From the sequence record SRR20825019_3144: a stretch of 39,237 bases of DNA. One strand, 5' to 3'. Shown here one piece after another: positions 39,119 through 39,237 of this stretch. Each line of letters starts with the position of its first letter. Position 1 is the first letter of the stretch. The notes beneath the pieces are model-generated. The model was not told the DNA's origin. It did not search any database and saw only the letters and a program-made list of their open reading frames with translations. Position numbers and translations under genes: made by a program.

Positions 39119-39237
39119 CGGCGGCGTTTGCAATCTAAAAGGATTCTCCCGATGTAATTCGCGAAGTTCGCCTCCATGAAATGCGCGTTCTCGCGCGCCC
39201 TCTAGCATCTGTATTTCTCAGACGGTCTGAGTGGACC

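Noticed and set aside
39119-39237. Non-coding tail that may belong to an adjacent mobile element
   Set aside because: Only about 120 bp visible; no terminal repeat, att site or ORF can be shown
1-39237. CRISPR arrays, tRNA/rRNA genes, defence or toxin-antitoxin systems
   Set aside because: No regularly spaced repeats, RNA gene signatures or matching protein motifs were seen by eye

Overview
Alphaproteobacterial window, probably Rhodobacteraceae/Roseobacter-group (inferred from protein and IS sequence style), made of two blocks. (1) ~1-26.3 kb is visibly more AT-rich and holds a Wzx/Wzy-type surface-polysaccharide locus. A minus-strand operon reads kdsD, a kdsB pseudogene, kdsA, GT4, wzy, wzx-like, an orphan GT-A-like gene, a KpsS/KpsC-like putative beta-Kdo transferase and GT2. 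It is followed by a divergent NusG/RfaH paralogue, wecA-like, wzc, a PPP-type metallophosphoesterase, wza and manB. An uncharacterised two-gene unit (outer-membrane beta-barrel plus a 92-aa secreted Thr/Gly/Val-rich protein) sits between manB and a manC remnant. Decayed IS1380, IS3 and IS5 elements and an H-NS gene complete the block. (2) ~26.4-39.1 kb is GC-rich and holds a tricarboxylate cluster: tctE/tctD, tctC, a tctA-tctB fusion, a PrpF-family isomerase, a USP, an unlisted 53-aa ORF, a D-2-hydroxyacid dehydrogenase, membrane AbrB, GntR, tcuA and tcuB. The best candidates for undescribed biology are the barrel plus small secreted protein pair, the Kdo-containing Wzy polysaccharide with a possible RfaH-like antitermination leader, and the TTT/PrpF/TcuAB pathway with its small protein. 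All calls come from reading motifs by eye; no searches were run.
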